Below are positions 22,288-35,764 of a DNA stretch of 64,000 nt, one piece after another. The DNA lies in the NCBI RefSeq assembly GCF_035084215.1, contig NC_090347.1:25668001-25732000 (forward strand). Reading direction: 5' to 3'. The stretch comes from Heptranchias perlo. Taxonomy: Eukaryota. Below the pieces are notes generated by a model. It was given only the letters and a program-made list of their open reading frames with translations. It had not been told where the DNA came from and made no database searches. How positions within the stretch are numbered: the stretch's first letter is position 1; each line of letters opens with the position of its first letter. Position numbers and translations under genes: made by a program.

Positions 22288-23825
22288 GGGGTAATTTCAA
22301 CCCTCAAGAACGGGTGTTTTGGGGGCCAGTGGGCAGGGAAAATAGGAAGTTTTCAGAGCGGGATCGCATCCCGGCTCCAATGTTCCCACATCCAGGTTTG
22401 ACCCGGGCGTGTTAGGATGCATGCGCGCAACAGACAATGGAAAGTCCCACCCCCACTTAAAGCTGGCCGGCCGATACTTAAGGGCCAATTTAGGTAGTTC
22501 AGACACTTAAGGGGGATTAAATTTATGTGGATTCTACAACAGAATCAAATTTAACTTATACTGAACCTGTCTCCTGTGGTTTCTGAAACATGCCATAGAA
22601 ACGGAGGCGAGTTGCAGCCGAAGCTCATTTGGACCTTCAAAGCAATGATTGACACATCTGAATAAAAGGTGAGATTTTGCAGCTTGGCACTTCATTTTCT
22701 CAGACAAAACTTTGACTGGGAGTTCTTTGTGTTTGGACTGAGATTTCTTTGTTGAGACCAAGAATTCTTGTGTTCAGACAAATTTTCCTACATTTTGGAC
22801 CCCCTCAAACTGACAAGATCAGGATGGGGGTGGGGGGGTGCGGAGGCACATCACCATCTGCAGCAGGCACGTTGCGCAGTTCTGGGATTTGCAGGTGCAC
22901 AAGACAGAGGTACAAGGACCTGGAGAAGAGCAGAGAGGGAACCAACGGAGGGGCCAAGGTCGCAGGAGGCACTACCCACATGAGAGGGTGTACAGGCTGA
23001 GGCTGAGCTTTCTGGACCTCCCTGAGGAGCAGTGCCTACGCAGGCTCAGATTGAGTCGGCAGGTGGTCGCAGAAATCTGCATGCTCCTTCGTGCAGAGCT
23101 GTTCCCGGCTGGGCCTGATGGCCATGCATTGCCCGTCGCAGTTAAAGAAATAACTGCCCTCAATTTCTTTGCCTCCAGATCCTTCCAGGGTGCCACGAGT
23201 GACATCTCCATGGTCTCTCAGTCATCTGAACATAAATGTATACAACAGGTCATGGATGGCTTGTTTGCCAGGGCATTGGACTACGTCAACTTCCCCCGCG
23301 ATGACATCAGCTAGGCTGAGAGGGCAGTGGGTTTCAAGTCTCTGGCTGGCTTTCTCCGGATGCAGGGCGCAATTGATTGTACAAAAGTAGCAATATGAGG
23401 ACCTCCACATGAGCCAGGACTGTTCTTCAACTGAAAGTGATATCACTCCATCACTGCACAGCTGTTTTGCGAGCACCAGAGGAGGTTTCTGCAGGTGTGT
23501 GCCAAATTCCCTGGCAGATGCCATGATTCCTTCATTTTGCACAAATCCAACATCCCAGACCTCTCCACGCACAAGACGGACTTAAGGGCTGGCTCCTTGG
23601 AGACGTGGCTCATGACACCTGTGAGAAACCCCATCAACGAGGCACAGCAGTGGTACAACCAGAGTCACAGAACCACCAGGTCTGTCATTGAATAAGCCAT
23701 ATGAATGCTGAAGATGCGCTTCAGGTGCCTGGATAAATCTGGGGGAACTCTTCAGTACTCGCCAGCGAGGGTGTGCAGATGCATACACCCATTGGGCAAA
23801 TGCCCAATGGGTGGCATCACGTCTT
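22288..23825 (+). mobile_element. PIF/Harbinger transposon, left end and decayed HARBI1-like transposase, right side lost
   Basis: End GGGGTAATTTCAACCCTCAAGAACGGGTG matches the end of the element at 50988. ORF pieces RLRLSR..LPVAVK..ALNFFAS, IDCT, FPGRCHDS, WLMTP, R..IE, LKMRFRCLD. Confidence 0.9.
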
Positions 23826-24617
23826 GGCATTCATGATTGGAAATGAACCAGAACAGATAAGAGAAGTAAGCATAGGGGAACATCTAGGAAATAGTGATCA
23901 TAACGTAAAAAGGTTCAAAATAATGATTGAGAAAGACATCAGTAAGACAAAGACCAAAGTAATAGATTGGAAAAAATCTAATTTTGAGGGGATGAGAATG
24001 GAACTAGGACAGGCAAACTGGAAAAAAAGTTTTGACAGACAAAGAAATAGAACAGCAGTGGATAATATTTAAAATGGTGATCAATAGAGTTCAGGAGAAA
24101 TATATTCCTCTAAAAAGCAAGAACAAACTAGCCAACAATGAAACACCATGGATAAATAATGAGATAAGGTTAAAATTGTAATGAAAGGAAAAGGCATATT
24201 CTAAGTACATAGACAATAAAGGAAAGGATAACAAAAGGGAATACGAAGAGGTTTGGAAAGAACTCGAAAAAACAATTAAGAAAGCAAAGAGGAACTACGA
24301 GATTAAATTATCAAGGAATATAAAAAGAAATAGTAAAGTATTCTACAGACACATGCTTAACAAAAAAAAAATTAGAATAGGAATCGGGCCACTAAGGGAT
24401 GCACAGGTAACGACAGCGAAGTGGCAGAAATTTTGAACAGTTACTTTGCCTCCGTATTTACCAGGGAGATTAACAAGGCAGGCAGGACATTAGAAGTCAA
24501 AAAATATATTAAAACATTTAAGATGGAAAGGGGCAGATAATTGATAAACTAATCAAACTAAGGGAGGATTGCATCCACAAATATTAAAAGAAGTTAGGGA
24601 GGAGATAGCAGAGGCAC

Positions 24618-24750
24618 ACATCATATATATAATCATACATATATATGGTATATATCATATATTACACATGTATATATAATATATATCATATATATGTAAT
24701 ATGATATATACATTTGTAATATGTATATATCATATTACATATATATGATA
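24618..24750. repeat. AT-rich low-complexity insert containing a 29-bp perfect inverted repeat
   Basis: Arms 24684-24712 and 24722-24750 are reverse complements. Confidence 0.85.
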
Positions 24751-25665
24751 ATTCACTAGAAAAGGGAATAGTGCCAGAGGACTGGCAGACAGCTAATGTT
24801 ATTCCTATATTTAAAAAGGGAGATAGAACAATGCAGGGAACTATAGGCCAGTTCGCTTAACATCGGTGGTAGGAAAGATAATGGAATCTTTACTCAAAGA
24901 TGTAATAGAAAGACATCTAGAGAATGAAAATATAATAAAGAATAGTCAGCATGGATTTCAGAAGGGAAAGTCATGCTTGACCAACCTTTTTGAATTCTTT
25001 GAAGAAGTAGCAGAAAGAGTAGACAAGGGTAGAGTAGTAGATGTTATATATTTGGATTTTCAAAAGGCCTTCGATAAGGTACCACACTGTAGACTCATGA
25101 CTAAGGTTAGAGCATGTGGAGTTAGGGGACAGGTAGCAGAATGAATAGCAAGCCGGCGACAAAACAGAAAACAGAGAGCAGGGGTTAATGGTAGCTACTC
25201 AGAATGGCAAAGGGTGGGAAGTGGTTGGGGTTGGGACCACTGTTGTTCACAATTTACACTTACAATTTGGATTTGGGAATCTGAAGCACAATTTTAAAAT
25301 TTGCACACAGCACCAAATTGGGGAGTATAGTTAATACAAAGGAAGAATGCAGCAAAATGCAAGAGGACATGAATAAACTTGCAGAATGGGAATGTAATTG
25401 GCAAATGAATTTCAATATGGATAAGTGTGAGGTGGTGCATTTTGGTAGGAAAAATAAGGAGGCCACATTATGCTTGGATAATAAGAGTCTAAACAGGATA
25501 GAGGAGCAAAGGGATCTAGGGGTACAGATACACAAATCATTAAAAGTAGCAACGCAAGTTAATAAGGCCATAAAAAAGGCAAATCCAGCTCTAGGGTTCA
25601 TTTCTAGAGGGATAGAATTGAAAAGCAAAGAAGTTATGTTAAACTTGTATAGAACCTTGGTTAAA

Positions 25666-25950
25666 GGTTGAGGAGAAACTTCTTCACTCAGAGGGTAGTA
25701 GGTCTGTGGAATTTGCTGCCCAAGGAAGCTGTGGAAGCTACATCATTAAATAAATTTAAAACAGAAATAGACAGTTTCCTAGAAGTAAAGGGAATTAGGG
25801 GTTACGGGGAGCGGGCAGGAAATTGGACATGAATTTAGATTTGAGGTTAGGATCAGATCAGCCATGATCTTATTGAATGGCGGAGCAGGCTCGAGGGGCA
25901 GATTGGCCTACTCCTGCTCCTATTTCTTATGTTCTTATGTTCTAATGTTC
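25666..25950 (+). mobile_element. Young 5'-truncated CR1 3' end nested in the older CR1
   Basis: Nearly identical to 63080-63354, (TTCTTATG)n tail, TSD TTAAA (25661-25665, 25951-25955). Confidence 0.92.
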
Positions 25951-26520
25951 TTAAACCACACTTGGAGTATTCTACACAGTTCTAGTCTCCATGTTATAGA
26001 AAGTATGTAGAGGCATTGGAGAGGGTGAAAAAAAGGTTCAGAAGAATGAAACCAGAACTATGAGGATATTCTTATCAGGAAAGAGTGAACAAGCTGTGGC
26101 TCTTTTTCACTAGAAAAGAGAAGGCTGAGGGGTGACCTGATAGAGGTCTTTACGATAATGAAAGGGTTTGATAGGGTAGACGTAGAGAAATTGTTTCCAC
26201 CTGTGAGGGAGTCCAAACCTATAGGTCATAAATATAAAATTGTCCCTAATAAATCCAATAGGGAATTCAGGAGAAACTTCTTTACCCAAAGAATGGTAAG
26301 AATTTGGAATGTGCTACCACAAGGAGTAGTTGAGGCAAATAGCAGAGATGCATTTCAAGGGAAGCTAGATAAGCACTTGAGGGAGAAAGGAATAGAAGGG
26401 TATCCAGATAGGGTTAGATCAAGCAGTGGGGAGGAAGCTTGTGTGGAACAGGATGTTTGTTTTTTGTTCATCCTGTTTAATCTATCTGCTTTCCATAAAG
26501 AGCATGGAAATGCCACATTT

Positions 26521-26855
26521 GGTCCCCAGTCTATGTTGAGTCAGCTGATCTCAGGCAATATGGCAATAGGAGCACAGTAATTGGCCTAAGCGCCCCTGGG
26601 TTAGGATGGAAAAATTAAGTTGAGGTTCCCGTTGCTAACTGCTATCTAGCAGCCGCCATTAGAACTGCATATGTGTGGTTGTCAGCTATGGACAGCATCA
26701 GGCTCAGCTACGATGCCACGAACAGTTGGATGGCCAGCCAACATTCACTGAAAAGAATCATACATGAATGATGAATATTGGACAAGGTACTGGAGACCAA
26801 CCAATACCCATGGAACCATAACCATGCAAGAAGTCATCTTCAGGAGAGAGGAGAA
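26521..26855 (+). mobile_element. AmnSINE2-like ancient SINE
   Basis: GTCTATGTTGAGTCAGCTGATCTCAG..AATTGGCCTAAGCGCCCCTGGGTTAGG..GGTTCCCG..GCTATCTAG resembles the AmnSINE2 consensus as I recall it; not aligned. Confidence 0.6.
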
Positions 26856-27289
26856 AATAGACAGAAAAAAATGTGAGGATAAAAGGGTCTCCTGTAGCAT
26901 GATGATAAGTGGACTATTAAATTTGGATAAGGTCCTGCTTATCTTCAATGGAGAGTTAAACCCATCAATATTCCAGGATGACATAACCATCAAAGTTCCA
27001 ATCGTCCTAACAGATAGTAGCTTCAAAACAACGGAACTGATGAACATTTTATTCAGTATTGTCATTGCAATCTCAGTGTTGTCAAACTTTCCTCAGCATT
27101 CACTAATAGCACAGTGTAATTATTTTTCCTTAACTTAAAAGAAGCTATTACAAAGTTAGCTGAACCATATATTTTTGCACTGTTATCTGTTGCTATTCCT
27201 TTCCTGGCAGTACTTACTCATCCTCAATTTCCAAAATATTCATCCCCCCTTTTCCTACTCTGGAGTTTACTAAATGAGTCACACAGAAT

Positions 27290-27840
27290 TATAGACATTT
27301 TACAAAGAAGGAGGCCACTTGGCCCATCAGACAGGTGCTAACTCTTCAAATGGAGCTGTCTGCTCTGGTCCCATTTCCTTGTCCCTTTCCCATATTCTTT
27401 CTTTTCAATATACTTATCCAATTCCCTTACAATTGATAGTATAGTCTCTGTCTCAAAAATCATTTGTGGTAAAGCGTTCCATGTTCTAATAACCTTTCTG
27501 AATTTTATTTTCTATTTTTCCCTTCATTTTTCTAACAATAATCTTGAGCCTATTCCATCTTGTTACCAAATCACCAATCAGTTGTTCACTATTTAGTCTT
27601 TAAAATCTTTCACAATTTTGAAAACCTATAGTGATTGCCCTTTTAACTAGTCACAGTGAAAAAAGCTCCAATTTTTCAAGCCTTTCTTCATATTCCTGGT
27701 ACCATTCCAGTGAATCTTTGTCATACCCTTTCCATTGCTTTAAAATCCTTCCGATAATGGAAAGCCCATGGATACTCCCAACTGTAGCTTAACCAATGTC
27801 TTGTAAAAATTTAATATCAGATCCTTGCTTTTATATTCAT
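27290..27840 (-). mobile_element. Decayed CR1 (HER1-like) 3' end
   Basis: AGAAGGAGGCCA..GGCCCATC tail and decayed ORF2 end similar to 58565-59260. Confidence 0.65.
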
Positions 27841-29278
27841 TGAGCAAGTACTCAACATTAATACAGACATATCAAGTTTTCCTTTACAATTTCACTGTTC
27901 CACTCGTCTTCAACCGAAACCAAGCTCTAACAAAGTTTTCAAAAGCCTTGTAACATGGATGTTTTTCCTACTGCACTCCATTTATCTTATTATTAACGAT
28001 TAAACCATAATAGCCTTAAAGGGGGAAAGTCCATCAGGATTAATGAATGACGATTAATATTTACAAACTTTTGTGGAATAGGCATATATGGTATAAGGTA
28101 TTTTTGAAGTAGAGTTTGATACTATCTACAACTTAGTCACAAATCTTATGCATTTGGTTAGTAATGAAACTACTGTGCTTTCTCATACTATCGAAATTAC
28201 TATTACTTTTAGAGGACTTTCAGAATGATGTGGCAGAATTATTTTGGCATAAAGTCTTCTATGTTGAGTAATTGCACAGCCTGCTAACAACAATCTCATC
28301 CTGTCAAAACATAAATCAATCTCACAATGGGGGAGAAATTCAACTTCTGACTGTCCCTTGTGCACCTGCAATATAGCCGCTCGCCCTCCGAATTTCGTGT
28401 TCTGATCAGTCACGCCCGATCTGGACTGGAAGTGCGCCAGGCAGTATATTGGCTTGGGTGACTTTTAGTCGTCCAGGGCACCTGCCTGACACAGGCATTC
28501 AGCTCCTTAAGAGTTTGACTCAGGGTCCTACGCCAGTTGTAGAACCCCGAATGCAAAATTCAGCTACGAATGGGTGGAGCTTGCACGGCTGCAGGCTGCT
28601 CAAAAAAAAAGCCCAAGATATTTACAGTTTTTCTTTGTGTAGGCCCAGGAAAAGCAGGGCTGGTTTCCCTAGGCCTGCAAAACAAACTCCGGCCTGCTGC
28701 CGGGTGTTTCGTGCCACTCCCAGAATCATCTTGCCCGCAAGACCTGACCTGCCAGCCAGCTCCATGTGAGATTTGGCAGATTTCTTGCCCTTCCCGAATG
28801 GTGAGCTGCAGCGGGGCACCTGATTTGGTAGAAACATGCTGTGTGAGTGTATCCGACAACTTGCATCAACATAATTGTTTCTAAAAAATTCACTTTCAGA
28901 TGATCTCGGTATGCTTACATTTTTTAAAAAGCTATTTTAGAGGTGAAGCTTGTTATTAGGTTTCTTATCTCACCTCAAAACTAAAGATCGCTTTAGTTCT
29001 CAGCTGTCTGAAGGTTATTTGACCATCAAGGTGAGTACTGATCTGAAAGATAAGGCTCAGAAGAAAAACAAGACAATCTCATCTGAAACATCTTATCAGG
29101 ACGGCATTTTCCTCTTGTTTTTCTTTCCCACATTTCTACTTGCAGAAAACGTGTTTAAACTTGAGCAAGTCCTTCATTTTTAAGTCTTAAAACTTTTTTG
29201 GCATCCATCCAATCAAAGATTACTCTTGATAGCAAAGCCAAGACAGATAAGTTATCCAAGACATCAGCTAGACAACAT

Positions 29279-29640
29279 GGGCATGATTTTAACTTGGAGC
29301 CAGGGACTCAGTGGGTGGGTGGATTTGCGTGGGTGGGGAACCCAAAAGTCAAGTGTGCACGTTTAAATCTGGAATCGCAACTCAATTGCAGGCAATTTTC
29401 TTTGCTGCCGGGTTTCGTGTCTCCAAACCGCGCAGCGGTCTTGCGCACCCGAATGACACAATTTAAAGCCCACTATTTAAAGGACCAGTCCAAGAATGGA
29501 TTTTGAAGAAGAAATAGAGTCCAGGAAAGCAAAGGCCGCCCCTAGATTTAATGATACCTCCCTGGATGTACTGCTGGCTGCAGTGAGAACCAGAAGGAAG
29601 GTAATTTTCCAATGGATGGCAGGAAGAAACCTGGCTCTGT
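29279..29640 (+). mobile_element. Harbinger end fragment with start of Myb/SANT-like gene
   Basis: TIR-like GGGCATGATTTTAAC, TATTTAAAGG box, then ..KAKAAPRFNDTSLDVLLAAVRTRRKVIF, homologous to ORF 41722. Confidence 0.75.
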
Positions 29641-29952
29641 AATGTCAGCAAACAAATCTTAGTCTAAACACAAAGAACACCCAGCCAAAGGTACCCAGCT
29701 GCAATACCTCAACTGAGGAAACTGCTTTGAAGCCATAAGTTAATGAAAGAATTCCATGACACAGTCCCATCAGGACTTGGTAAGGACTTATTCCCAATAT
29801 TAGCACATGGTGAACATGCTTGTTGAACCTTTTTGTGTAGAAACAGTTGTGCATTCCTCGACTTAGAAGCTATTTGATTTTTATGTCCAATGATCAAGGT
29901 ATGTTTTAAATACTTACAGTAACAGAAAATCAGCACTATAGAAATCATAGAA

Positions 29953-30848
29953 TCATTTCTCACTTGTTTTATCAAACTGACATCTATCATAAGGCCCCTT
30001 TTTCTGCTTCATCTTACTCTCTATCTCTTTCATCATCCAGGGAGCTCTGGCTTTGATTGCCCTACCTTTTCCCCTCGTGGGAATGTATCTAGACTGTATC
30101 CAACCCATCTCCTCTTTAAAGGCCGCCCATTGTTCGATTACAGTTTTGCCTGCCAATCTTTGATTCCAATTTACCCGGGCCAGATCTGTTCTCAACCCAC
30201 TGGTATTGGCCCTCCTCCAATTAAGTATATTTACTCTAGATTGCTCCTTGTACTTTTCCATAGCTAATCTAAATCTTATGATACTATGATCACTGTTCCC
30301 TAAATATTCCCCGACTGACACTTGCTCCACTTGACCCACCTTATTCCCCAGAACCAGATCCAGCAATGTCTCCTTCCCCACTGGGCTGGAAATGTACTGA
30401 TCAAGAAAGTTCTCCTGAACACAATTCAGAAATTCTTCCTCCTCTCTGCCCTTTACACTATTACTATCCCAGTCTATATTAGGATAATTGAAGTTCCCCA
30501 TCATCACTACTCTACGGCTCTTGCACCTCTCTGTAATTTCCCTGCAAATTTGCTCCTCTATATCCTTCCCACTAGTTGGTGGCCTATAGAGTACACCCAG
30601 CAGTGTAATGAAACCTCGATTGTTTCTCAACTCTAACCAAATAGATTCCGTTCTTGACCCCTCCAGGACATCCTCTCTCTCCAACACTGCAATATTCTTC
30701 TTAGTCAATACTATCCCCCTCCTTTCTTTCCTTCCCTATCTTTCCTGAACACCTTGTATCCAGCAATATTTAGCCAATCCTGCCCTTTTTTGAGCCAGGT
30801 CTCCGTTATCGCCATGACAAATATTCCCACATGGCTATTTGCATCTGC
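29953..30848 (-). mobile_element. CR1 LINE APE endonuclease fragment
   Basis: ORF 29953..30708: ESIWLEL, YRPP, MGNFNYP, LDLVL, GNSDH. Confidence 0.9.
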
Positions 30849-30849
30849 A

Positions 30850-31097
30850 GTGGCGGCGGGAGGAAAGAGCAAAAGGGAAGGTCTGTGATAGGATGGAGGG
30901 CAGGAGTGATTAAGTGATAAAAAGGATGATAGTGCAAGGCAAAAGGAGGGTGGTAATGGAACAATAAAAAAACAAAAGATGGGTCCACAGGAGATGTAAA
31001 TGGCAATAGCAGAACCATTACCAGCACTTGCTATCTGAGGAAATGGGAACGGTGTTTATGATGTAAAGTTGTTGAACTCAATGTTGAGTTTGGAAGA
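30850..31097 (-). mobile_element. Penelope-like 3' fragment (second family)
   Basis: Minus strand reads ..KLNIEFNNFTS, like the GLN-type end of GIY-YIG ORFs, followed by a pyrimidine-rich 3' region. Confidence 0.55.
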
Positions 31098-31489
31098 TTA
31101 TCTGTCTCCACTTCAGAGTGGAATACTGGACCCAGAAATGGATGAGACATGTCACTGGGAATCGAAATAGGTAATTGCATTCTGATTAGTTATCTTGAAG
31201 AATGATTTCCTGTTCATTATGTGTCGTTAAATCAGAAATATTTATGAAGAAAGAATTTACGATTTTGTGACACATAGTAACATATGAAAAGTTTAATGAA
31301 AGTATAAGACCATTGGTCCATCGAGCCCACCTACCCGCAATACTCCCTTGGTGCATTTCTAATCACCCTGAAACCCATTTTTTGACAAGAATCTGTCTAA
31401 TTCCTTCTTGAAACCCATTAAGGTTTCTTGTTCCACAACCCATGCCACTAATTTGTTCCACATACTTCCCAACCTTTTAATAAAAAAAT

Positions 31490-32920
31490 TCCTGCAGATT
31501 GGAGGGTGGCAAATGTAACCCCACTATTTAAAAGGAGTGAGAGAGAAAACAGGGAACTACAGACCAGTTATCCTAACATCAGTAGCAGGGAAAATGCGAG
31601 AGTCTATTATAAAGGATGTGATAACAGGACACTTAGAAAATATCAATGGGATTAGACAAAGTCAACATGGATTTATGAAAGGGAAATCGTGTTTGACAAA
31701 CCTACTGGAGTTTTTTGAGGATGTAACTGGTAGAATAGATAAGGGAGAACTAGTGGATGTGGTGTATTTGGATTTTCAGAAGGCCTTTGATGAGGTCCCA
31801 CATAAGAGGTTAGTGTGCAAAATTAAAGCACATGGGATTGGCGGTAATATACTGGCATGGAATGAAAATTGGTTAACAGGCAGGAAACAGAGAGTAGGAA
31901 TAAATGGGTCTTTTTCAGGGTGGCAGGCAGTGACTAGTGGGGTACCGCAGGGATCAGTGCTTGGGCCCCAGCTATTCACAATATATATGAATGATTTGGA
32001 TGAGGGAACCAAATGTAATATTTCCAAATTTGCTGATGACACAAAACTGGGTGGATTCGTGAGTTGTGAGGAGAATGCAAAGAGGCTTCAAGGCAATTTA
32101 GACAAGTTGAGTGAGTGGGTAAATACATGGCAGATGCAGTATATCATGGATAAATGTGAAGTTATCCACTTCGGAAGGAAGAACAGAAAGGCAGAGTATT
32201 ATTTAAATGGTGATAGATTAGGAAATGTTGATGTACAAAGGGACCTGGGTGTCCTTGTACACCAGTCACTGAAAGCAAACATGCAGGTGCAGCAAGCAGT
32301 TAGGAAGGCAAATGGTATGTTGGCCTTCATTGCAAGAGGATTTGCGTACAGGAGCAAGGATGTCTTACTGCAGTTATAGAGGGCCTTGGTGAGGCCACAC
32401 CTGGATTATTGTGTGCAGTTTTGGTCTCCTTACGGAAGAAAGAATATACATGCCATAGAGGGAGTGCAGCGAAGGTTCACCAAACTGATTCCTGGGATGG
32501 CAGGACTGTCATATGAGGAGAGATTGGGTCGATTAGTGCTGTATTCACTCGAGTTTAGAAAAATGAGAGGGGATCTCATTGAAACATATAAAATTCTGAC
32601 AGGGCTAGACAGACTGGATGCAGGAAGGATGTTTCCCCTGGCTGAGGGGTCCAGAATGAGGGGTCACAGTCTCAGGATACGGGGTAGGACATTTAGGACT
32701 GAGATCAGAGGGTGGTGAACCTGTGGAATTCTCTACTACAGAAGGCTGTGGAGGCCAAGTCACTGAATAGATTTCTAGACACAGAAGGCATCAAAGGGTA
32801 TGGGGAGAGAGCGGGAATATGGTATTGAGATAGAGGATCAGCCATGATCATATTGAATGGCGGAGCAGACTTGAAGGGCTGAATGGTCAACTCCTGCTCC
32901 TATTTTCTATGTTTCTATGT
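31490..32920 (+). mobile_element. 5'-truncated CR1 LINE (RT to tail)
   Basis: ORFs 31537..32379 and 32386..32718 with PQGSVLGP and KFADD; (TTTCTATG)n tail. Confidence 0.95.
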
Positions 32921-34189
32921 CGTGAAAGGCTTTTAAAAATGCAAGTCTTTCTCTTTTACTTTCAATGATACTTTCAGTGCTTGGGCAACTATTTTATCTT
33001 TCTGACTCAGCATATTTAATAATATACCCTTCATTTTATGATTTATTTTCTATTTTCAGCATCAATATTCCTTTCATAATTTTTTATCATTGAATTATTG
33101 ATTTGATTTCTGTTAAACATTTGTGTACTGCTTCTTTTATAATAGTTCCAATATGGGAAAAATATTGGAACTATTTTTTTATTTGAACTATGTTTTTCCC
33201 ACCACAGACAGGCTTTCACAGGGTCAAACTCCAGCCTTTTCTGAAAATCAGCTATTTTCTCAACAATTTCTGTCCGGGTTTCTTTTCCCCCCTTTAACTG
33301 TCAATTCCTTCAGAACCTTTGGAATATGTTCCATCTGGCCCGAATTTATTATGAACATTCAATCTTCCCATTTTAAATGACTACTTTAAACTTCCATTAG
33401 CTTAAATGCATCCTTGACAACATTAACCTTTCAATCACCATAAAGGGAATGCTACTCATTTTTCTTATCATGAGAGTTGTGGTGCAAAAAAAATTAACAA
33501 TTCTGCCATATTGTTTTCCTCAAGTCATTAACACACCTTTATTATCTTGACTATCTGTACACTCATAGACAATGGACTGAGAATCCAGGCTAAATGAACC
33601 CCCCTTTTTATGCATCTGTACAAATACAATTACAAAATGTGTATTATTTTGTTCTACAGATCGAGCAACTTTTGTGACGTTTGCATACAGAAATAGTGGC
33701 TGTATATCCTGCAAAGTCCTGACTGCACTCCAACTGCCAAAGTTACATTACTTAATCAAATAGCTCCATTGACGTTCCCACGGTATGAGCTGAGACAGTA
33801 ACTACATGCCAAATCACTCTTTTAACCATTCCAGATGAATTCAGACTTAATGTCATGCAGACCCAGTGAACAAAAATAAATTACTTTAGGAATTCACATA
33901 CATTTTGCACTGCCAAGAATTCTCACTAATTTACTTGATCTAATGGATGTGAATATTCTAGAATGCTGCAAACCTTTCTCTGTTTCTAAAGACAATTGAG
34001 CAAAAGGTAAATTTCGCTTTACAATCCACAATATTAACTCTATGACCAGCTGCATTCCAGGACATTTCAGGATTCCAGCATAATTATTGATCAGATAGTA
34101 TTTATACACCCACATGAATACTTATCCCCATTATTTGCAATCCATCGCCAAACCAAACATATCTTCAATTCTGTTTTCAAGGAAGGAAT

Positions 34190-34625
34190 CCACATATTAA
34201 TTGGCTTTGAAGGGGATTTATTCCACAAAACTACTCTTCTGTGTAAAAACAAGTTCTTCTAATTTCTTCTCTTGTATGCAGCAAGCCAAATTTTTGCTCA
34301 GGTGTCCAAGTTCTCCGATTAAAGTTCCAGTTCAGTAGTCTGGTTATATCCATATTATGCTTGCCTTTCAGTATTTTCAAGATTTGTTTCCTCTTCCTTT
34401 TCAGTCTTATTTTATCCTTTAAGGAGTTCAGTTCTCTCACTCTACTCTCGTAACCTGTCTCATCGAATAGAATAACTTGAGAATAAAGTTCTCTAAACTT
34501 CACTCAATATATCAATGGCCTTTTCAAGGTAGGATAGTCAAAATTACACACAATAGTCCAAATATAGTGTTGTGAATGAGTTATACAGAGTTAAGATAAC
34601 ATAGTTGTCACCTTATAAACTTCTC
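34190..34625 (-). mobile_element. Highly decayed CR1 3' fragment
   Basis: GYESRVRELNSL..LKILKG..IRRTCFYT resembles YEERL..L..RRNFFT. Confidence 0.5.
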
Positions 34626-35209
34626 AACTTATCTCAAAATAAAATCAAATAGTTGACTGACAGCAGCTTAGTAAGATCAGTGATAATTACAATTAAATTA
34701 TCTCATTTTTTCCTTCCAGGCAGTTATTATCCATCTATTGTCTACTCTTTGTCCATTTATCGTTAACTCTGCTTTCTGTTGATAGTTCAGTGTTTATTCC
34801 AGCAAGTGCTTTCTTATTCATTCCAAATTAGAAGCTTCAGATGTGGAACTTTGTAATGCCTTTAATAATCTGAGTATCCTACATCCGAAGACAACACCTG
34901 TCCACAAATATAGTTTCATCCAAGAGATCCAATGGATTCATGCAACTTGACTTATTACTTCTGAAGCCATAGCTGATTATTCCAACAGCGTCTACACTTT
35001 GGAGGGGGCATGGGGTGGGGGGGTTGGTGGGAATAGCATTTCCACCCTGTTTTCCCAATCTCCTGCTGTAACATTTGAGCAAGATCAGTGGAAACTCTGG
35101 GGAAATGGTATAAATGGGGATTCCGCTGATCATCAACTGATGTTACAGCAGAACCCTGTGGACCTTCTAAAAGCAGGTCTTTAGATGAATGCAGGCTATG
35201 GCATGTAAA

Positions 35210-35440
35210 ATCATTGAATCATAGAATCATGGAATGATTTAGCATAGAAGGAGGCCATTCAGTCCATCATACCTGTGCTGGCTCTTTGATGGAACTATTC
35301 AATTAGTCCCGCTCATTCCTCAAACCCCTGTAAAGATTTTTCCCTTCAAGTATTTATCCAATTCCCTTTTAAAAGTTACTATTGGATTCTGCTTCCACCA
35401 CTCTTGAAGACAGTGCATTCCAGATCACAACAACTCGATG
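35210..35440 (-). mobile_element. CR1 (HER1-like) 3' tail
   Basis: (AATCATAG)n tail followed by AGAAGGAGGCCATTCAGTCC. Confidence 0.75.
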
Positions 35441-35764
35441 TGCAAAATTAAATTAATTGGTCTATTTTTTACTGATTCATGCCTCAATCGTTCCTTGAAC
35501 ATCAGAGGCTCGAAATTAGCAGGGCGGCGGGTTCTCAGCGGGGGGTCGACTTGGCGCGTGGGTAACACGCCCAGTGAAATCAGTGTGCTCCGCACGGAAT
35601 CGCAGGCTAATTGGAGCCACTTACCCGTGCTTCCGGGTTTCCCGCTGGAATGCTGTGCGGCGGGCGAACTGCGCATACGCAGAAAGGTCTGTCAGCTGGA
35701 GGAGGCCTATTTAAAGGGGCAGTCCACCAATGCTCCTCCTGCAGCAAACAACCAATGCTGAACC

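Larger units (their letters stand above)
23832..26450 (+). mobile_element. Decayed CR1 LINE ORF2 (end of APE to 3' end)
   Basis: GEHLGNSDH, QHGF.KGKSCLTNL, YLDFQKAFDKV, FNMDKCEVVHFG, RNFFTQR motifs across frameshifted ORFs. Confidence 0.92.
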
